Positions 36,948-47,613 are shown, counted from the first letter of the stretch. The stretch: DNA of 64,000 bases from an uncultured Verrucomicrobiae bacterium (GCA_963772365.1 CAVYXA010000001.1:608001-672000); one strand, 5' to 3'. A program made the numbers and translations. Notes: generated by a model not told the origin, from the letters alone.

Positions 36948-39383
36948 CTACTTGCCTTTTATCACATCGTTTACCGTAGGCAGATCGGGTGGCGGCAGCT
37001 GCTCAATCTGCTTCTCTTCGCCCTCGCGTGGCGGACAATCAGGACATTCCCCTTGATCAATCTCGGGGCCAAAATGCGTTTTGCTCTCGGCCTTTTCGCG
37101 CAGCCGATGAAGATCCAACTTGGTAAGGGTGACTTCGGGACACATCAGAATGAGCAACTCTCTGCGCATTTTCGTAACACTGGTACTTCGAAAAGCAGCC
37201 CCGAGATATGGAATCTTGTCAAGAAGCGGGATGCCAGTGATGTTCTTTTGCTTTTGTTCGCTGATTAAACCGCCGAGCACAATCGTAGAACCGCTGACCG
37301 CAGTGACATTGGAGCGAATATAACGCGTTGCAATTGTCGGAATCGAATTCCCATCGATAATCTGGGAACCCTCGAGGCTGTCGATCTTTTGCAGAATATC
37401 CAGCGACACCTCCTTTTCAGAATTGATCAATGGCACGACTTCGAGCTGCAGAGCGACCTTTTTGTATTCAATATTGGAAGCGACGGCCGCCGTCCCGGTC
37501 GCTACGGTTCCACTAACCAAGTTGGTCAACGACGAAACCGGAACCGGAATTTCTTCACCAGAAGCGATGATTGCCTTCTTGTTGTTGCTGGTGAAAACCG
37601 TAGGCCGCGAGATCGTGTGGAAGCGCCCCGTTGATTCGAGGGCGTGGATAATCTCGGAGAGATAGTTTCCAGCGGCTACGTAAACGTTCGTTCCGCCGCC
37701 TACAGCTTGAATAATTTGACTGAAATTAACCAAGTTCGCAGGATCAATCACGCCGCCGCCGGTGACAGGCGATCCCGAGGCATCCGCAGTCGCGGCCGGG
37801 AGAGGAATGCCGACCTGCGCGTTGGAGTTATTACGAGAGGTCGCAACGAGTTTGCCCTTATATTTGGCAAAATAATCGACGCCTAGCTGTTCATCGTTGG
37901 TGAGAGTGAGTTCCCCGATAACGGTACTCAGTGCCACCTGAGGCGCCTTCACGTCCATCTCATCGAGGATCTTTTCGACCTTAACCACGACCTCCCGATT
38001 ACCCAACACAATGATCGAATTGGAGCGTTGATCAGCGATGATTTTTGCATTGCCAATTGTGACTGCCTGAGGAGTTGTATCGACCGGTTGGGTGGAAAGC
38101 TCTTCTGAAATATTGATGGCTCCTTCGCCACCCGCCGTACCGGCATTAGAATTGGCATAAGGATTGTTCGTATTCGTTAAATTGCGACCTTGTTGTTGTT
38201 GCTGCTGCTGCCGCTGTTGATTGCCTGCTCCCGGCGTCCCATTTGCTCCAGCCCCTTCCTCGCCCGGCTCGGTTAACGCCTGCACAAGGACTGGAAGAAC
38301 ATCCCCCGCGGAAACGTATTTTAAAGGACGCGTGACTGGCTTGGCGAACTCGACGTTGGCGTCAAATTCCTGCACCAACTTGCGAATGAACGGCATGTTG
38401 ATCGGGCGCGTGACAACGTGGATTCGATTTGTTCGCACATCCGCCGTCAGCTTGATCTTGCCCACGATGACCGATTCCTCCGTCAACGCCGTCAAGCCGG
38501 CCAGATCTTCCTCCACCGGCTGCGGCGGACCCGGTGGCTGAATTCGAACACCACGCACACCTCCACCCTGCGGACCGGTCGTGTTGGGGTTCCTCTCAAA
38601 GACCTCCTTCAGAAGATCGACAACTTTGCTGGCATCGGCCCGTTCGAGTTTGATGAACTCGCTTACCACTTCGGCAGGCGGAATATCCACCTGATCGATG
38701 ATCGTCACCAGTTTGCGAATAACCGCCGTGCTTTCGGTGACTAGAAGACTTCCTGATTTCGGCAGCGCCAAAAACGATGTGTATGGCTGCGGCGGCGAAA
38801 GATACTGACTAAGCACCTGCTGCAATTCAGTTGGATCCGCATACCGAAGCTTAAACAAAAAGCTGACGACTTCTTCGGCTGCAGGAATATCGGCTTCCTC
38901 AGAAATGACTGGAATACCGGCCGTGCGTGGATTTTTTCCGGTGCCGATCACCTTCACGATGTCGCCTTCCGCCGGAACGAGGGAAAACCCGTTCATCAGC
39001 AAATTCATCTGGATGATCTTGATCGCTTCCTCAGGCGGGACGGCTTTATTGATGACTATGTTCACTTTGCCCTGAACAAAGTTGTCCATGACTATCTTCT
39101 TGCCTGTCAGTTGTTCGTAGAGGCGAAGGACATCAACGACATCGCTGTTGGGATATTGGAGTCGAACAGGAGTGGCCGCGCCGGCAGGAGACGGCATGGT
39201 CCGCAAGGATTGCCGAGGAGTCGCAGCTGCTACAGCGCCTGCAGTTGAAGCCGGATCAGGAGCGACATCGGTTTCCTGAACGGCGTCGGTCTCGTCGGGA
39301 ACCGGCGGATTGGCCTCCTCCTGGGCGGAAGCCAATGAAATGATGGCGAGGAACACGCCAATTACGTGGAAAACTTTCAGCAC
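36948..39383 (-). CDS. gspD: Type II secretion secretin GspD
   Basis: Signal peptide; N0-N3 domains (LRYAD, LERAD, LKYVSA); C-terminal LGGLI...IPLLDKIPYLG..F motif. Confidence 0.92.
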   Translation of the reverse strand: MLKVFHVIGVFLAIISLASAQEEANPPVPDETDAVQETDVAPDPASTAGAVAAATPRQSLRTMPSPAGAATPVRLQYPNSDVVDVLRLYEQLTGKKIVMDNFVQGKVNIVINKAVPPEEAIKIIQMNLLMNGFSLVPAEGDIVKVIGTGKNPRTAGIPVISEEADIPAAEEVVSFLFKLRYADPTELQQVLSQYLSPPQPYTSFLALPKSGSLLVTESTAVIRKLVTIIDQVDIPPAEVVSEFIKLERADASKVVDLLKEVFERNPNTTGPQGGGVRGVRIQPPGPPQPVEEDLAGLTALTEESVIVGKIKLTADVRTNRIHVVTRPINMPFIRKLVQEFDANVEFAKPVTRPLKYVSAGDVLPVLVQALTEPGEEGAGANGTPGAGNQQRQQQQQQQGRNLTNTNNPYANSNAGTAGGEGAINISEELSTQPVDTTPQAVTIGNAKIIADQRSNSIIVLGNREVVVKVEKILDEMDVKAPQVALSTVIGELTLTNDEQLGVDYFAKYKGKLVATSRNNSNAQVGIPLPAATADASGSPVTGGGVIDPANLVNFSQIIQAVGGGTNVYVAAGNYLSEIIHALESTGRFHTISRPTVFTSNNKKAIIASGEEIPVPVSSLTNLVSGTVATGTAAVASNIEYKKVALQLEVVPLINSEKEVSLDILQKIDSLEGSQIIDGNSIPTIATRYIRSNVTAVSGSTIVLGGLISEQKQKNITGIPLLDKIPYLGAAFRSTSVTKMRRELLILMCPEVTLTKLDLHRLREKAESKTHFGPEIDQGECPDCPPREGEEKQIEQLPPPDLPTVNDVIKGK

Positions 39384-39487
39384 GGTCGTATTTACTTGTT
39401 CACAATACCACGGTCAACCGGGTTCGCCCAGATAAAGAAGGAGGCCCGAGTATTTCTGGACAACCCAGGGACCAAACCGTTAGAGAA

Positions 39488-39943
39488 TTGTTCATGTTTC
39501 GAAACTTTTCGTGCGTTCTTATCGTGGCGATTCTTCTGGGAGCAGCAACCATTCCCCCCAGCACCTACGCCGAGTCCACCGGGGAGATTCGTGCCGTGAT
39601 GCAAGCGCAGCAGGATGCCTGGAATCGCGGAGACATCGCGGCGTTTATGAATGGATACTGGCGCTCGGATCAAACCGTTTTCGTTTCAGGCGATGAAATC
39701 ACCCGGGGCTGGCAAACTGTTTTCGATCGCTACAAAGCAAAGTATTCCGATCGCGAAAAAATGGGCAGGCTTACGTTCTCCGATCTCCAAATCAATGAGC
39801 TTTGTTCGGATTCCGCTGTCGTCCTTGGCCGCTGGGGATTAAAACGAGCGAATGATGAGCCTCACGGAACTTTCACGCTCATCTTTCGCAAAACAGCCGA
39901 TGGCTGGCGAATCGTGCAGGATCACACCTCAGCGGCGAAATAA
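39488..39943 (+). CDS. NTF2-like/SnoaL (DUF4440-type) exported protein
   Basis: Q.DAWNRGDI..FM.GYW, RY...Y and G.FTL.FRK...GWRIV.DHTS motifs; start uncertain. Confidence 0.85.
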   Translation: MFMFRNFSCVLIVAILLGAATIPPSTYAESTGEIRAVMQAQQDAWNRGDIAAFMNGYWRSDQTVFVSGDEITRGWQTVFDRYKAKYSDREKMGRLTFSDLQINELCSDSAVVLGRWGLKRANDEPHGTFTLIFRKTADGWRIVQDHTSAAK

Positions 39944-39946
39944 CAC

Positions 39947-40041
39947 TGTCCATTCCGAGCGAAGTCGAGGAATCCCGCGGCGTTTACGGTCAGGCTGTGC
40001 TGCAGAATCCTTCGGCTTCGCGCGCTCCGCTTAGGACGACA
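39947..40041. repeat. Second TGTC-ATTCCG-type palindromic element; overlaps the mpl stop codon
   Basis: tgtccattccgagcgaagtcgaggaatcccgcgg ... gaatccttcggcttcgcgcgctccgcttaggacgaca. Confidence 0.8.
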
Positions 40042-41428
40042 ACCTTGCCAAGAGTTTCTCGTGAATGTTATCGAAACCGCCGTTGCTGAACACGACTACC
40101 ACATCGTTCGCCTTCAACATTGGAACGATTCGATCGGCAATCGCGTCGGCGTTTGCCTCGTAAAATGCCGGCCGTCCTGACTTCGCAATAGCATCGACAA
40201 CTGCTTCCGGATTCAATCGTGCGTTTTCCGGCAGTTGATCAAGTCTGGCTACCGCTGAAATAAAAACGCCGTCCGCGAATTGGAATGCCTCCGGCAACTG
40301 CTGCTGAAAAACTGCGCGCCGGGTCGTATTCGAGCGCGGCTCAAAAATGGCCCAAATTCGGTGTCCGGAATAACGATGACGCAACGCTTCGAGCGTCTGC
40401 GAAATCGCGGTGGGATGATGTCCGAAATCGTCAATCACTTTCACGCCTCTGGCTTCTCCCCGCACTTCCTGCCGGCGCGCTATACCGGAGAAGCTCTTCA
40501 GCGCGCTGTCGATCTTTGCCTTCGGCACATCGTAAAAACGGGCGGCGGTTACGGCCATCGCGGCATTGCGAACGTTGAACTCGCCCACGAGAGGTATTTC
40601 GAAAATGTCTTCTCCCAGCTTGAACCGTGAGCCACTCGATGAATACGCCACGTCGCGGATCCGCTCGGCGCAATTTTTTGAAAACCCGATCTCGATGATC
40701 TGGGCCCGGCATTCCCTGGCTACTTCGATACAATTGGGGTCGTCGCCGTTGAATAAGACCATCCCGTTTGCCGGAACGATCCGCAGCAAATGCCGAAAAC
40801 TGGTTTTAACCTGCTCGATATTGTCGAAAATATCAGCGTGATCGAATTCAATGTTGTTCACGATCACAAGCTCGGGCAGGTAATGAATAAACTTCGATCT
40901 CTTATCGAAGAACGCCGTGTCGTATTCGTCACCTTCGATCACGAAATATTTCGATTCATTGAGTCGCGCGCCTTCGCCGAAATTTCTCGGGATTCCCCCA
41001 ATCAGAAAACTTGGCTTCTGCCCGGCTTTCTCCATGATCCAAGCTAGTAGCGATGTCGTGGTCGTTTTCCCGTGCGTGCCGGTCACGACGAGATTGTGCT
41101 GGCCGCGCAGGAAATAATTTCTGAGAAGTTCAGGCAAGGAAACGTAAAAGAGCTTGCGATTCAGGACAGCTTCCACTTCGGGATTGCCACGCTTCATCGC
41201 ATTGCCGATCACCACAACATCGACATCGTCCGGGATATTTTGGGCACGGTAACCTTCTTTAATTGCGATCCCTGTTTCCGCGAGGAAGATCGACATCGGC
41301 GGATAAACGCTTTCGTCTGAACCGGTCACGGCAAAGCCGCGCTCGCGCAGTGCCGCTGCCACTGAACCCATGGCGGTCCCGCAAATCCCGAGAAAATGAA
41401 AGTGCTTCGGCGGCTTTTGCACCGCCAT
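40031..41428 (-). CDS. mpl: Murein peptide ligase
   Basis: HFLGICGTAMG, GTHGKTTT, EGDEYDTAFFDKRSKF, DDFGHHPTAI and FEPRSNT motifs. Confidence 0.95.
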   Translation of the reverse strand: MAVQKPPKHFHFLGICGTAMGSVAAALRERGFAVTGSDESVYPPMSIFLAETGIAIKEGYRAQNIPDDVDVVVIGNAMKRGNPEVEAVLNRKLFYVSLPELLRNYFLRGQHNLVVTGTHGKTTTTSLLAWIMEKAGQKPSFLIGGIPRNFGEGARLNESKYFVIEGDEYDTAFFDKRSKFIHYLPELVIVNNIEFDHADIFDNIEQVKTSFRHLLRIVPANGMVLFNGDDPNCIEVARECRAQIIEIGFSKNCAERIRDVAYSSSGSRFKLGEDIFEIPLVGEFNVRNAAMAVTAARFYDVPKAKIDSALKSFSGIARRQEVRGEARGVKVIDDFGHHPTAISQTLEALRHRYSGHRIWAIFEPRSNTTRRAVFQQQLPEAFQFADGVFISAVARLDQLPENARLNPEAVVDAIAKSGRPAFYEANADAIADRIVPMLKANDVVVVFSNGGFDNIHEKLLARLSS

Positions 41429-41464
41429 CTCTAAGCTGCGGTAAGACATTTGGCTACCCGCGCT

Positions 41465-41929
41465 TTATCGCCCGATCAATCGCGGATCGAAGCAAAAGTC
41501 GACAGCGGGATGAATTTTGATGCGTTTGAAGTCAGGATGCGCCGGGTTCAAGAGAAAATTCCGCTCCACCGGCACGATTGCGCTCGGCACGGCAAGGACT
41601 ACCGAGCGGTTTTCCCGTGCCCATTTGTCCCCGATTTCCATTGTCGATGCGGAAGGATGCGGCATTTTCCAATCCGCCGGCAACTTTTTCGCAGGATAAG
41701 TCTCAATAAGCGAATCGGGCCATTCTAGCCGAAAAGCTGTGAACGGTTCGTCCGGTGAGAACGGATTGTTGTGAATAAACACTTCCAATGCAACGGTGGA
41801 TTGATACTCGCTGGCATAGATGATACGGACGCCGCGCGAATTCCATCGGCCGCCGTAACGCCCTGAGCCTTCGCCAGAAAACGCGCCTGCCGCTTCACTG
41901 GCCAGAACGATTCGCCAAGCCGACGCCAT
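41465..41929 (-). CDS. RES domain toxin
   Basis: AFSGEG..YGGRWN (R), VALE (E), VPSAIVP.ERN.LLNP.HP (S). Confidence 0.93.
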   Translation of the reverse strand: MASAWRIVLASEAAGAFSGEGSGRYGGRWNSRGVRIIYASEYQSTVALEVFIHNNPFSPDEPFTAFRLEWPDSLIETYPAKKLPADWKMPHPSASTMEIGDKWARENRSVVLAVPSAIVPVERNFLLNPAHPDFKRIKIHPAVDFCFDPRLIGR

Positions 41930-41940
41930 TCGCCCCCATG

Positions 41941-42360
41941 TTATGAATAAACGCCGTACTGCATCCGACCCAAGAGATACTCCACTTCCCGAGCGCCGCT
42001 CTCCGTCCGCGCATAATCCAATGGGATGGCCCCGCCCAAACCCCATTGCGGAAACTTCATCCAAGCCCGCGCCTTTTCTGTGGATCCAAAGTATTTTAAC
42101 GCCTGCTCGAACAATCTCGCATATCGCACCACTCTGTCGGACTCATCTCGCGGTAAACGCCCGGCCACTTTGCGCCGGTACAGCGTGGGGCGCGAGATCG
42201 ACAGTTTGTCCGCGAGTTGTTCCAGCGGCAGATCGAGTTTCTTCTGTAAATCCTCCAGCTCTCGGAACGGCAGGCCTTTCTCAATTCGTCGGATCAATTC
42301 GTGCGGATGCTTGGGCTGCGCCGACCGACTCAATTTCCTTTCGACTGTCGCGGCTTTCAT
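41941..42360 (-). CDS. Xre/MbcA/ParS antitoxin (HTH plus DUF2384)
   Basis: I..GLP, IS..TLYRR, ESDR..R and A.AW...P..GLGG.IPL motifs, C-terminal YGVYS. Confidence 0.93.
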   Translation of the reverse strand: MKAATVERKLSRSAQPKHPHELIRRIEKGLPFRELEDLQKKLDLPLEQLADKLSISRPTLYRRKVAGRLPRDESDRVVRYARLFEQALKYFGSTEKARAWMKFPQWGLGGAIPLDYARTESGAREVEYLLGRMQYGVYS

Positions 42361-42395
42361 TTGATACACTTTACGATATCAAATGTGACAGTCAA
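42358..42395 (-). promoter_or_regulatory. Leaderless promoter with overlapping inverted-repeat operator of the Xre-RES module
   Basis: Minus strand TTGACT-N16-TAAAGT-N7-ATG; perfect IR CATTTGATA-N10-TATCAAATG at 42358-42385. Confidence 0.75.
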
Positions 42396-42406
42396 CACCA
42401 CACACT

Positions 42407-44539
42407 CTATTTCGCCTTGAACTCCTCGACAGCGTTCCACGCTTCATCGGGCGGCTGCTGTTCGTAGGCCAGAACGCGTTCCAGATATATCTTTGCCAGG
42501 AAATCATCGGGATAAAACTCGAGGAAGCGCGAGAAGAGGATTTTGGCCTGTTTGAAATCGCGGCTCCGGAATCTGCTAAGCGCTTCTTCATACGTCTCCA
42601 GCCATTTCAACAATTCAGGATCGACATTGTCTTTGCGGGAGCCAATCAGCGTAAAAATATCCACGGGCTGGGTTTTTCCCTTCACTTGGGCTCGTGCGAC
42701 CGACCGCAAATGAAATTCATCCCGCACGTGTTCCGCCACGCTCTGGCCTAACAGAATGTCTACTCCATAAATGCGGGTCAGCCCTTCCAAACGCGAGGCG
42801 AGATTAACCGCATCGCCGATCACGGTCGGATCGAGCCGTTCGTGCGGCGCGTAAGAACCGATATTGCCGATCACAGCTTCTCCTTGATTGATGCCAATTC
42901 CCATCGCGAGATTGTTGATTCCCTCTGCTCGCCAGGCAACGTTAAGTTGGCCTAATGCTCTGCGCATAGCGAGTGCAGCGCGCACAGCCGATTTCGTATC
43001 CTCTGCAACGCCCCGGCTGCTTACGTTTCCCCAAACGGCCATGATGGCGTCGCCAATGAATTTGTCGAGGGTGCCGCCGTTTTCGAAAACCGCCGGCACC
43101 ATGCAGCTCAGATATTTGTTGAGTTGTTTTACCAGCGCAACGGGATCGGCCTTTTCCGATATGGTAGTGAAACCAACCAAATCGGAAAAGAGCACAGTCA
43201 CGGGCTTGCGCGTCCCGAGCATCGAACTGTAGAAGCCACCCGGGTTTTCCAGAATCTCTTTCACCAGGTTTTTTGACACGTAACGTTCGAGCGTCCTACG
43301 GGTGCGGAGTTTCTCCACTCTTTCCAAAGTGTACTCGAAGGCCTGGGCAAAACCTCCGCCCAGAAACAACGTCGCCAGTGTGGGGACGGTCAGCAGCAGA
43401 AGACCCCATTGATCGTAAACGACGCGCGCGGTGCCGAGATAGGCGGCGCTAATTCCAACCAAAAGGGCTGCGGAAAGAAAAGCGCGGCGGATGAAGCCGA
43501 CCAACACCCACGCCAGCAGTCCGGCAATAGCAATTGAGGTAAAATTAGCTGCTCTCGAAGTAGTGTGTAAAAAATCGTGGCCGAGCGCGGCGGCGATGGA
43601 TTGTAAATGTAGCGCGGGCCCAGGCGTCTCCGGACTGATCGGAGTATCGACGATGTCGTGCTGGACTTGGGCCGACGAACCCACGATTACGACTTTGTTC
43701 CTGAAAAATTTTCCGCTGCCGTAATTGGCGCGCCACGTTGCCGGATCGAACACCTCCCATAGCGGATGCGGCAAATAGGCATTTTGCGCACTAAATCGAA
43801 TCATGTGCGGACGCAGGTCCCGCGGAACCGCTTCGCCATGCCCGAGTTTCGCTAGCGAACGCGCGCTAAGCGATTGATACGGCTTCTCTCCGGCACTGAC
43901 CGGTTGAAGCGCAAGTTGCATGTCCGTCATCGTGTAACGGACCGAGCGAACCTTCTGATCGAGTCTGTCGCTAAAAAAAACCACGTAGCCAACGCGGTCA
44001 TCGTACATTTGAGGAGGTGAAATGAGCGAACTGTTAGGCGCAACCTCTACAGCCGCGCCGCCATTTTCATGGATGTTTGAGAAATCAAAGTTTGCCCCGA
44101 TTACGACCTTGTCGCGGTATCGATCGAGGGCAGCGCGAAAAGCCGGATCACCGTCGCTAGGATGATCAAAAATCATATCGAAGATCACGAGGCGCGCGCC
44201 GGCTTGGAACAAGCGATCCAGCAATATGGCCCAGATCTCCCGTGACCACGGGAACGGCCGTTCCAACATTAACTGAAAGGCTCGGTTCTTCGGAACGTCT
44301 GCGGGATCGAACGGTTGGAACGAAAGCGTGCTCTGATCGATGCCGAGGAAAACGAAATCATCATGCGTCCTGGTTTTCCTACCCTCCCGGCGGAGCACGT
44401 CTTCGGACCATTGTTGCCCTCGCCAGACCCAGGAGAGAAACGGAACCTGGGGCGTGAAATGAAGGGCGATCACAAGCAGGGTCCAAAAAAGACAGATCCC
44501 GCCGAGGATCGACAATCGATGCCGGCCCAGCCAATGCAT
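42407..44539 (-). CDS. CHASE2-domain class III adenylate/guanylate cyclase with C-terminal TPR-like region
   Basis: FPWSR (CHASE2), three TM helices, LFSDLVGFT, DKFIGDAIMA, IGDAVNLASRLE and VKGK motifs. Confidence 0.92.
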   Translation of the reverse strand: MHWLGRHRLSILGGICLFWTLLVIALHFTPQVPFLSWVWRGQQWSEDVLRREGRKTRTHDDFVFLGIDQSTLSFQPFDPADVPKNRAFQLMLERPFPWSREIWAILLDRLFQAGARLVIFDMIFDHPSDGDPAFRAALDRYRDKVVIGANFDFSNIHENGGAAVEVAPNSSLISPPQMYDDRVGYVVFFSDRLDQKVRSVRYTMTDMQLALQPVSAGEKPYQSLSARSLAKLGHGEAVPRDLRPHMIRFSAQNAYLPHPLWEVFDPATWRANYGSGKFFRNKVVIVGSSAQVQHDIVDTPISPETPGPALHLQSIAAALGHDFLHTTSRAANFTSIAIAGLLAWVLVGFIRRAFLSAALLVGISAAYLGTARVVYDQWGLLLLTVPTLATLFLGGGFAQAFEYTLERVEKLRTRRTLERYVSKNLVKEILENPGGFYSSMLGTRKPVTVLFSDLVGFTTISEKADPVALVKQLNKYLSCMVPAVFENGGTLDKFIGDAIMAVWGNVSSRGVAEDTKSAVRAALAMRRALGQLNVAWRAEGINNLAMGIGINQGEAVIGNIGSYAPHERLDPTVIGDAVNLASRLEGLTRIYGVDILLGQSVAEHVRDEFHLRSVARAQVKGKTQPVDIFTLIGSRKDNVDPELLKWLETYEEALSRFRSRDFKQAKILFSRFLEFYPDDFLAKIYLERVLAYEQQPPDEAWNAVEEFKAK

Positions 44540-44547
44540 CGAGAAAT

Positions 44548-45561
44548 TTACAGGGAACGCCCGATCGCGCCAGCAACCGCCCGCAAGCGCGGGACAAGAT
44601 CGGACAGGATATCGGGAGTGAGCGCCTGTTCCCCGTCGCTCTTGGCCAACTCAGGCGAATCGTGTACCTCAATCATTAGCGCGTCGGCGCCAGCTGCGAT
44701 TGCAGCCAGCGACATCTGGGGAACGAACTCTCGTAGCCCGAGCGCGTGGGTAGGATCGACAATCACGGGCAGATGCGTTTTGGCTTTCAAAAGAGGGACA
44801 GCGCTAAGATCCAGCGTGTAACGCGTGGCAGTTTCGAAAGTGCGAATACCGCGTTCGCACAGAAGCACATTCATGTTGCCTTCGTTCAGAATATATTCTG
44901 CGCTCATTATCAGCTCGTTAATGGTGGCGCTAAATCCGCGCTTGAGCAGCACCGGCAACCGGCTTCGGCCTAATTCCTTCAAGAGCGAGAAGTTTTGCAT
45001 GTTGCGCGTCCCGACTTGGAGACAATCTGCGTACTTTTCGATGATCGGAAGGTCACGCGCATCCATGATTTCCGTGATGACCGGCAGACCGGTTTCGGCA
45101 CGCGCTTCGGCCAAAAAATGAAGGCCTTCTTCGCGCAAACCTTGAAAGCTGTAAGGCGAGGTTCGAGGCTTGAATGCGCCGCCGCGCAGAATGCTTGCGC
45201 CCGATTGCTTTACAATCCGGGCAATCGACAAGATCTGATCGCTGCTCTCCACCGAGCACGGTCCGGAGATCAGGACGACATTTTCATTTTCGCCGATGGC
45301 TACATCGCCAACTTTCACTGTCGATGGACTGCGGGAATCGCGAGAGGCGAGCTTGTATGGCTTCATCACGGGCACGACTGCCTCGACCCCGGGCAGGGCG
45401 GCGAGTGGCTTTTCACGGAGAAGACCTTCCGGTCCGATTACTCCAATGATCACTCGCGAGGCACCGCGGTTGATTTGCGCGTCGAGGCCGAGTTCACGCA
45501 CTCGCGCCACGATTCGGTTGATCTGGGCCTCGGTGGCGTTGGGTTGCGTAATGACGATCAT
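44548..45561 (-). CDS. aroF: DAHP synthase (type I-beta, N-terminal ferredoxin-like regulatory domain)
   Basis: [30 protein letters not shown] and CERGIRTFE motifs. Confidence 0.95.
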   Translation of the reverse strand: MIVITQPNATEAQINRIVARVRELGLDAQINRGASRVIIGVIGPEGLLREKPLAALPGVEAVVPVMKPYKLASRDSRSPSTVKVGDVAIGENENVVLISGPCSVESSDQILSIARIVKQSGASILRGGAFKPRTSPYSFQGLREEGLHFLAEARAETGLPVITEIMDARDLPIIEKYADCLQVGTRNMQNFSLLKELGRSRLPVLLKRGFSATINELIMSAEYILNEGNMNVLLCERGIRTFETATRYTLDLSAVPLLKAKTHLPVIVDPTHALGLREFVPQMSLAAIAAGADALMIEVHDSPELAKSDGEQALTPDILSDLVPRLRAVAGAIGRSL

Positions 45562-45658
45562 ATGACTCGACTACCGCCTCTGAGAATGACGCCTGGAAGA
45601 TTGTTCTGCAAGCCAAGATGCGTCTCGAACTCCGACCATCTTGTCACAACAGGCGAGG

Positions 45659-46267
45659 CTAATCCGTAACAGTCACCGGCGTGCCGGTTGAGACCGACTT
45701 GAAAAAATCCTGCGCCATGAATTCTGGCATTCGAATGCACCCATGCGAAGCGGGATAGCCCGGTAGATAGCCGGCATGTAAACCGATGCCTTGCGTGATT
45801 CGCATGAAATATGGCATCGGTGCACCCTTAAAATGTGTGCCAGGGGGTTTGGGATCTTTCGCAACATCGACATTTCGCACAACCACATTTCCCGCCGCAT
45901 CCACATAATCACCGTAGAGGCTCGAGACGTGGTTTATATCCTTCTGAATGACCGAGAAGCGTCCGTGCGGCGTGTTTAAACCTTCACGGCCGGTCGACAG
46001 CTGCGAGATACCGACTAAAAGCCCATTCTTGTAAAAATAAGCACGCTGTTCGCGCAGGCTGATTTTGATCGATGGTTTGCCCCCGATGCCGTCTCCGTCC
46101 CAATAGGAAACATTGTCAAACGGTGGACGAGCAGTCGCAGCGCTGTAATCGCCGCCCAAATATTGGGTATCGGTGGAAAAGCGAGGATCTTCCGCGCACC
46201 CAGTCATAAGAAGAGCCAAGATGCCGAATAAACCCGAGGCCGGAATGAGATAAGACGGACGGAGCAT
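45659..46267 (-). CDS. L,D-transpeptidase family lipoprotein
   Basis: Lipobox LMTGC; STGR, MPYFMR and HAG.LPGYPASHGCIRM motifs. Confidence 0.92.
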   Translation of the reverse strand: MLRPSYLIPASGLFGILALLMTGCAEDPRFSTDTQYLGGDYSAATARPPFDNVSYWDGDGIGGKPSIKISLREQRAYFYKNGLLVGISQLSTGREGLNTPHGRFSVIQKDINHVSSLYGDYVDAAGNVVVRNVDVAKDPKPPGTHFKGAPMPYFMRITQGIGLHAGYLPGYPASHGCIRMPEFMAQDFFKSVSTGTPVTVTD

Positions 46268-46452
46268 AAGAATTGTTTGGAAGAGTTCCAAATATGTGTT
46301 TGCAAGCCAAAGTCAAGCCACACCAGTTCGACCCACGACGGAAGAATTTTAAGCTAAAACCTCTATTCTGCACGCCGCTTGCTTCGGCTTGAATTGTGCT
46401 TGGCTTGATGCAGACTTCCCGCCGCCTCACTGCGGCATCCATCCTATTCAAT

Positions 46453-46803
46453 ATGCCCACTTACGAGTATTCCTGCCTGAAGTGTGGCCAGAATTTCGAA
46501 GCCTTCCAATCGATGAAGGCAAAGCCGTTCCGGGAGTGCCCAAAGGAGCTTTGCCGGATGTCGAAATGGGGTCATGGGAAGGTGAAACGTCTGCTCGGTA
46601 CTGGCGCAGGCCTGATTTTCAAAGGATCTGGCTTCTACATCACGGATTATCGTAGCGATTCCTACAAACAAGCCGCCAAAAAAGAGACACCATCGACAAC
46701 CGGCGGTGGCGAAAAATCGACTCCCGCCAAGCAAGCTAGCGGCGAGACCGGCTCCGCAAAACCGATAAAAGCAAAAAAGGACTCATGCAAGCAATCAAGC
46801 TGA
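46453..46803 (+). CDS. FmdB family zinc-ribbon protein
   Basis: MPTYEYSCLKCG..FE...CP and FKGSGFYITDY motifs. Confidence 0.92.
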   Translation: MPTYEYSCLKCGQNFEAFQSMKAKPFRECPKELCRMSKWGHGKVKRLLGTGAGLIFKGSGFYITDYRSDSYKQAAKKETPSTTGGGEKSTPAKQASGETGSAKPIKAKKDSCKQSS

Positions 46804-47537
46804 TTTGTCCTGAGTGCCAGCGCGAGAACGAGCCGGAGCGAATCTACTGTCACGATTGCGGAGCGCGGCTCGACCGTTCTGCGTCTGCCTCGCGGGTGGC
46901 GCCGAAGGAGACATTAAAGCAAACCCAACGCCGTGTTCGGCACTTGTTTGACCCGACCAGCGCGCGAATTCGCTATGCGCTCATTCGTTTTGGCAAAGTG
47001 CTTGGAGGCGCATTTGCTCTGGCCTTAGTGGTGCAAATGATTTCGCCTCCAGATTCTCTCCCACCGACAAAGGACGGTCTCGGCGTTTCGCAGATGAGCT
47101 TGGAACTTGAGGACGCCATCAATTACCATCGCCCGGCTCAGTTACAATATTCCGAGGAACAGGCCGATGAGCACTTGCGCTCTGCTCTTAAGACAAAGCA
47201 ATCGATGTTAAATAAGCCGTTTCTCGAATTCAAACGCGCGTTGGCTGAATTCCGGAACGGCCTCTTTTCAATCACCGTAGAACGATCGCTTTTTGGCTAC
47301 TCACTCTACACCAAATCCAGTTACGCGGTGCAAGTGGCAAACGGGAAAACGACAATCTCGAATAAGGGCGGAAGCATTGGCCGCTTGCCAATTCACCCGC
47401 TTATTATGAAGCACACGGACCTGATTTTTGAGGATGTCTGGTCGGCTCTGGATCGGGATCGGAAATTAGTAGCCAAAATGGGCGCGATCGAATTTCACGA
47501 TAAAGCGGTGACTTTGATTACACCGCCCGTCCGCTAG
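46785..47537 (+). CDS. Hypothetical membrane protein with N-terminal zinc ribbon
   Basis: CPEC-X10-CHDCG followed by a TM helix. Confidence 0.75.
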   Translation: MQAIKLICPECQRENEPERIYCHDCGARLDRSASASRVAPKETLKQTQRRVRHLFDPTSARIRYALIRFGKVLGGAFALALVVQMISPPDSLPPTKDGLGVSQMSLELEDAINYHRPAQLQYSEEQADEHLRSALKTKQSMLNKPFLEFKRALAEFRNGLFSITVERSLFGYSLYTKSSYAVQVANGKTTISNKGGSIGRLPIHPLIMKHTDLIFEDVWSALDRDRKLVAKMGAIEFHDKAVTLITPPVR

Positions 47538-47613
47538 CTTCGGTTCGACCGGCAGGCCCGCCCGTCAGCCCTTCGCGGGCCCGCCGATCATACCAACCGA
47601 ATCTTTTGATTGC

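Noticed and set aside
38190..38222. CAA/CAG poly-Gln microsatellite as a phase-variation tract
   Set aside because: It is an in-frame mixed-codon run in the low-complexity secretin loop; triplet changes would not switch expression.
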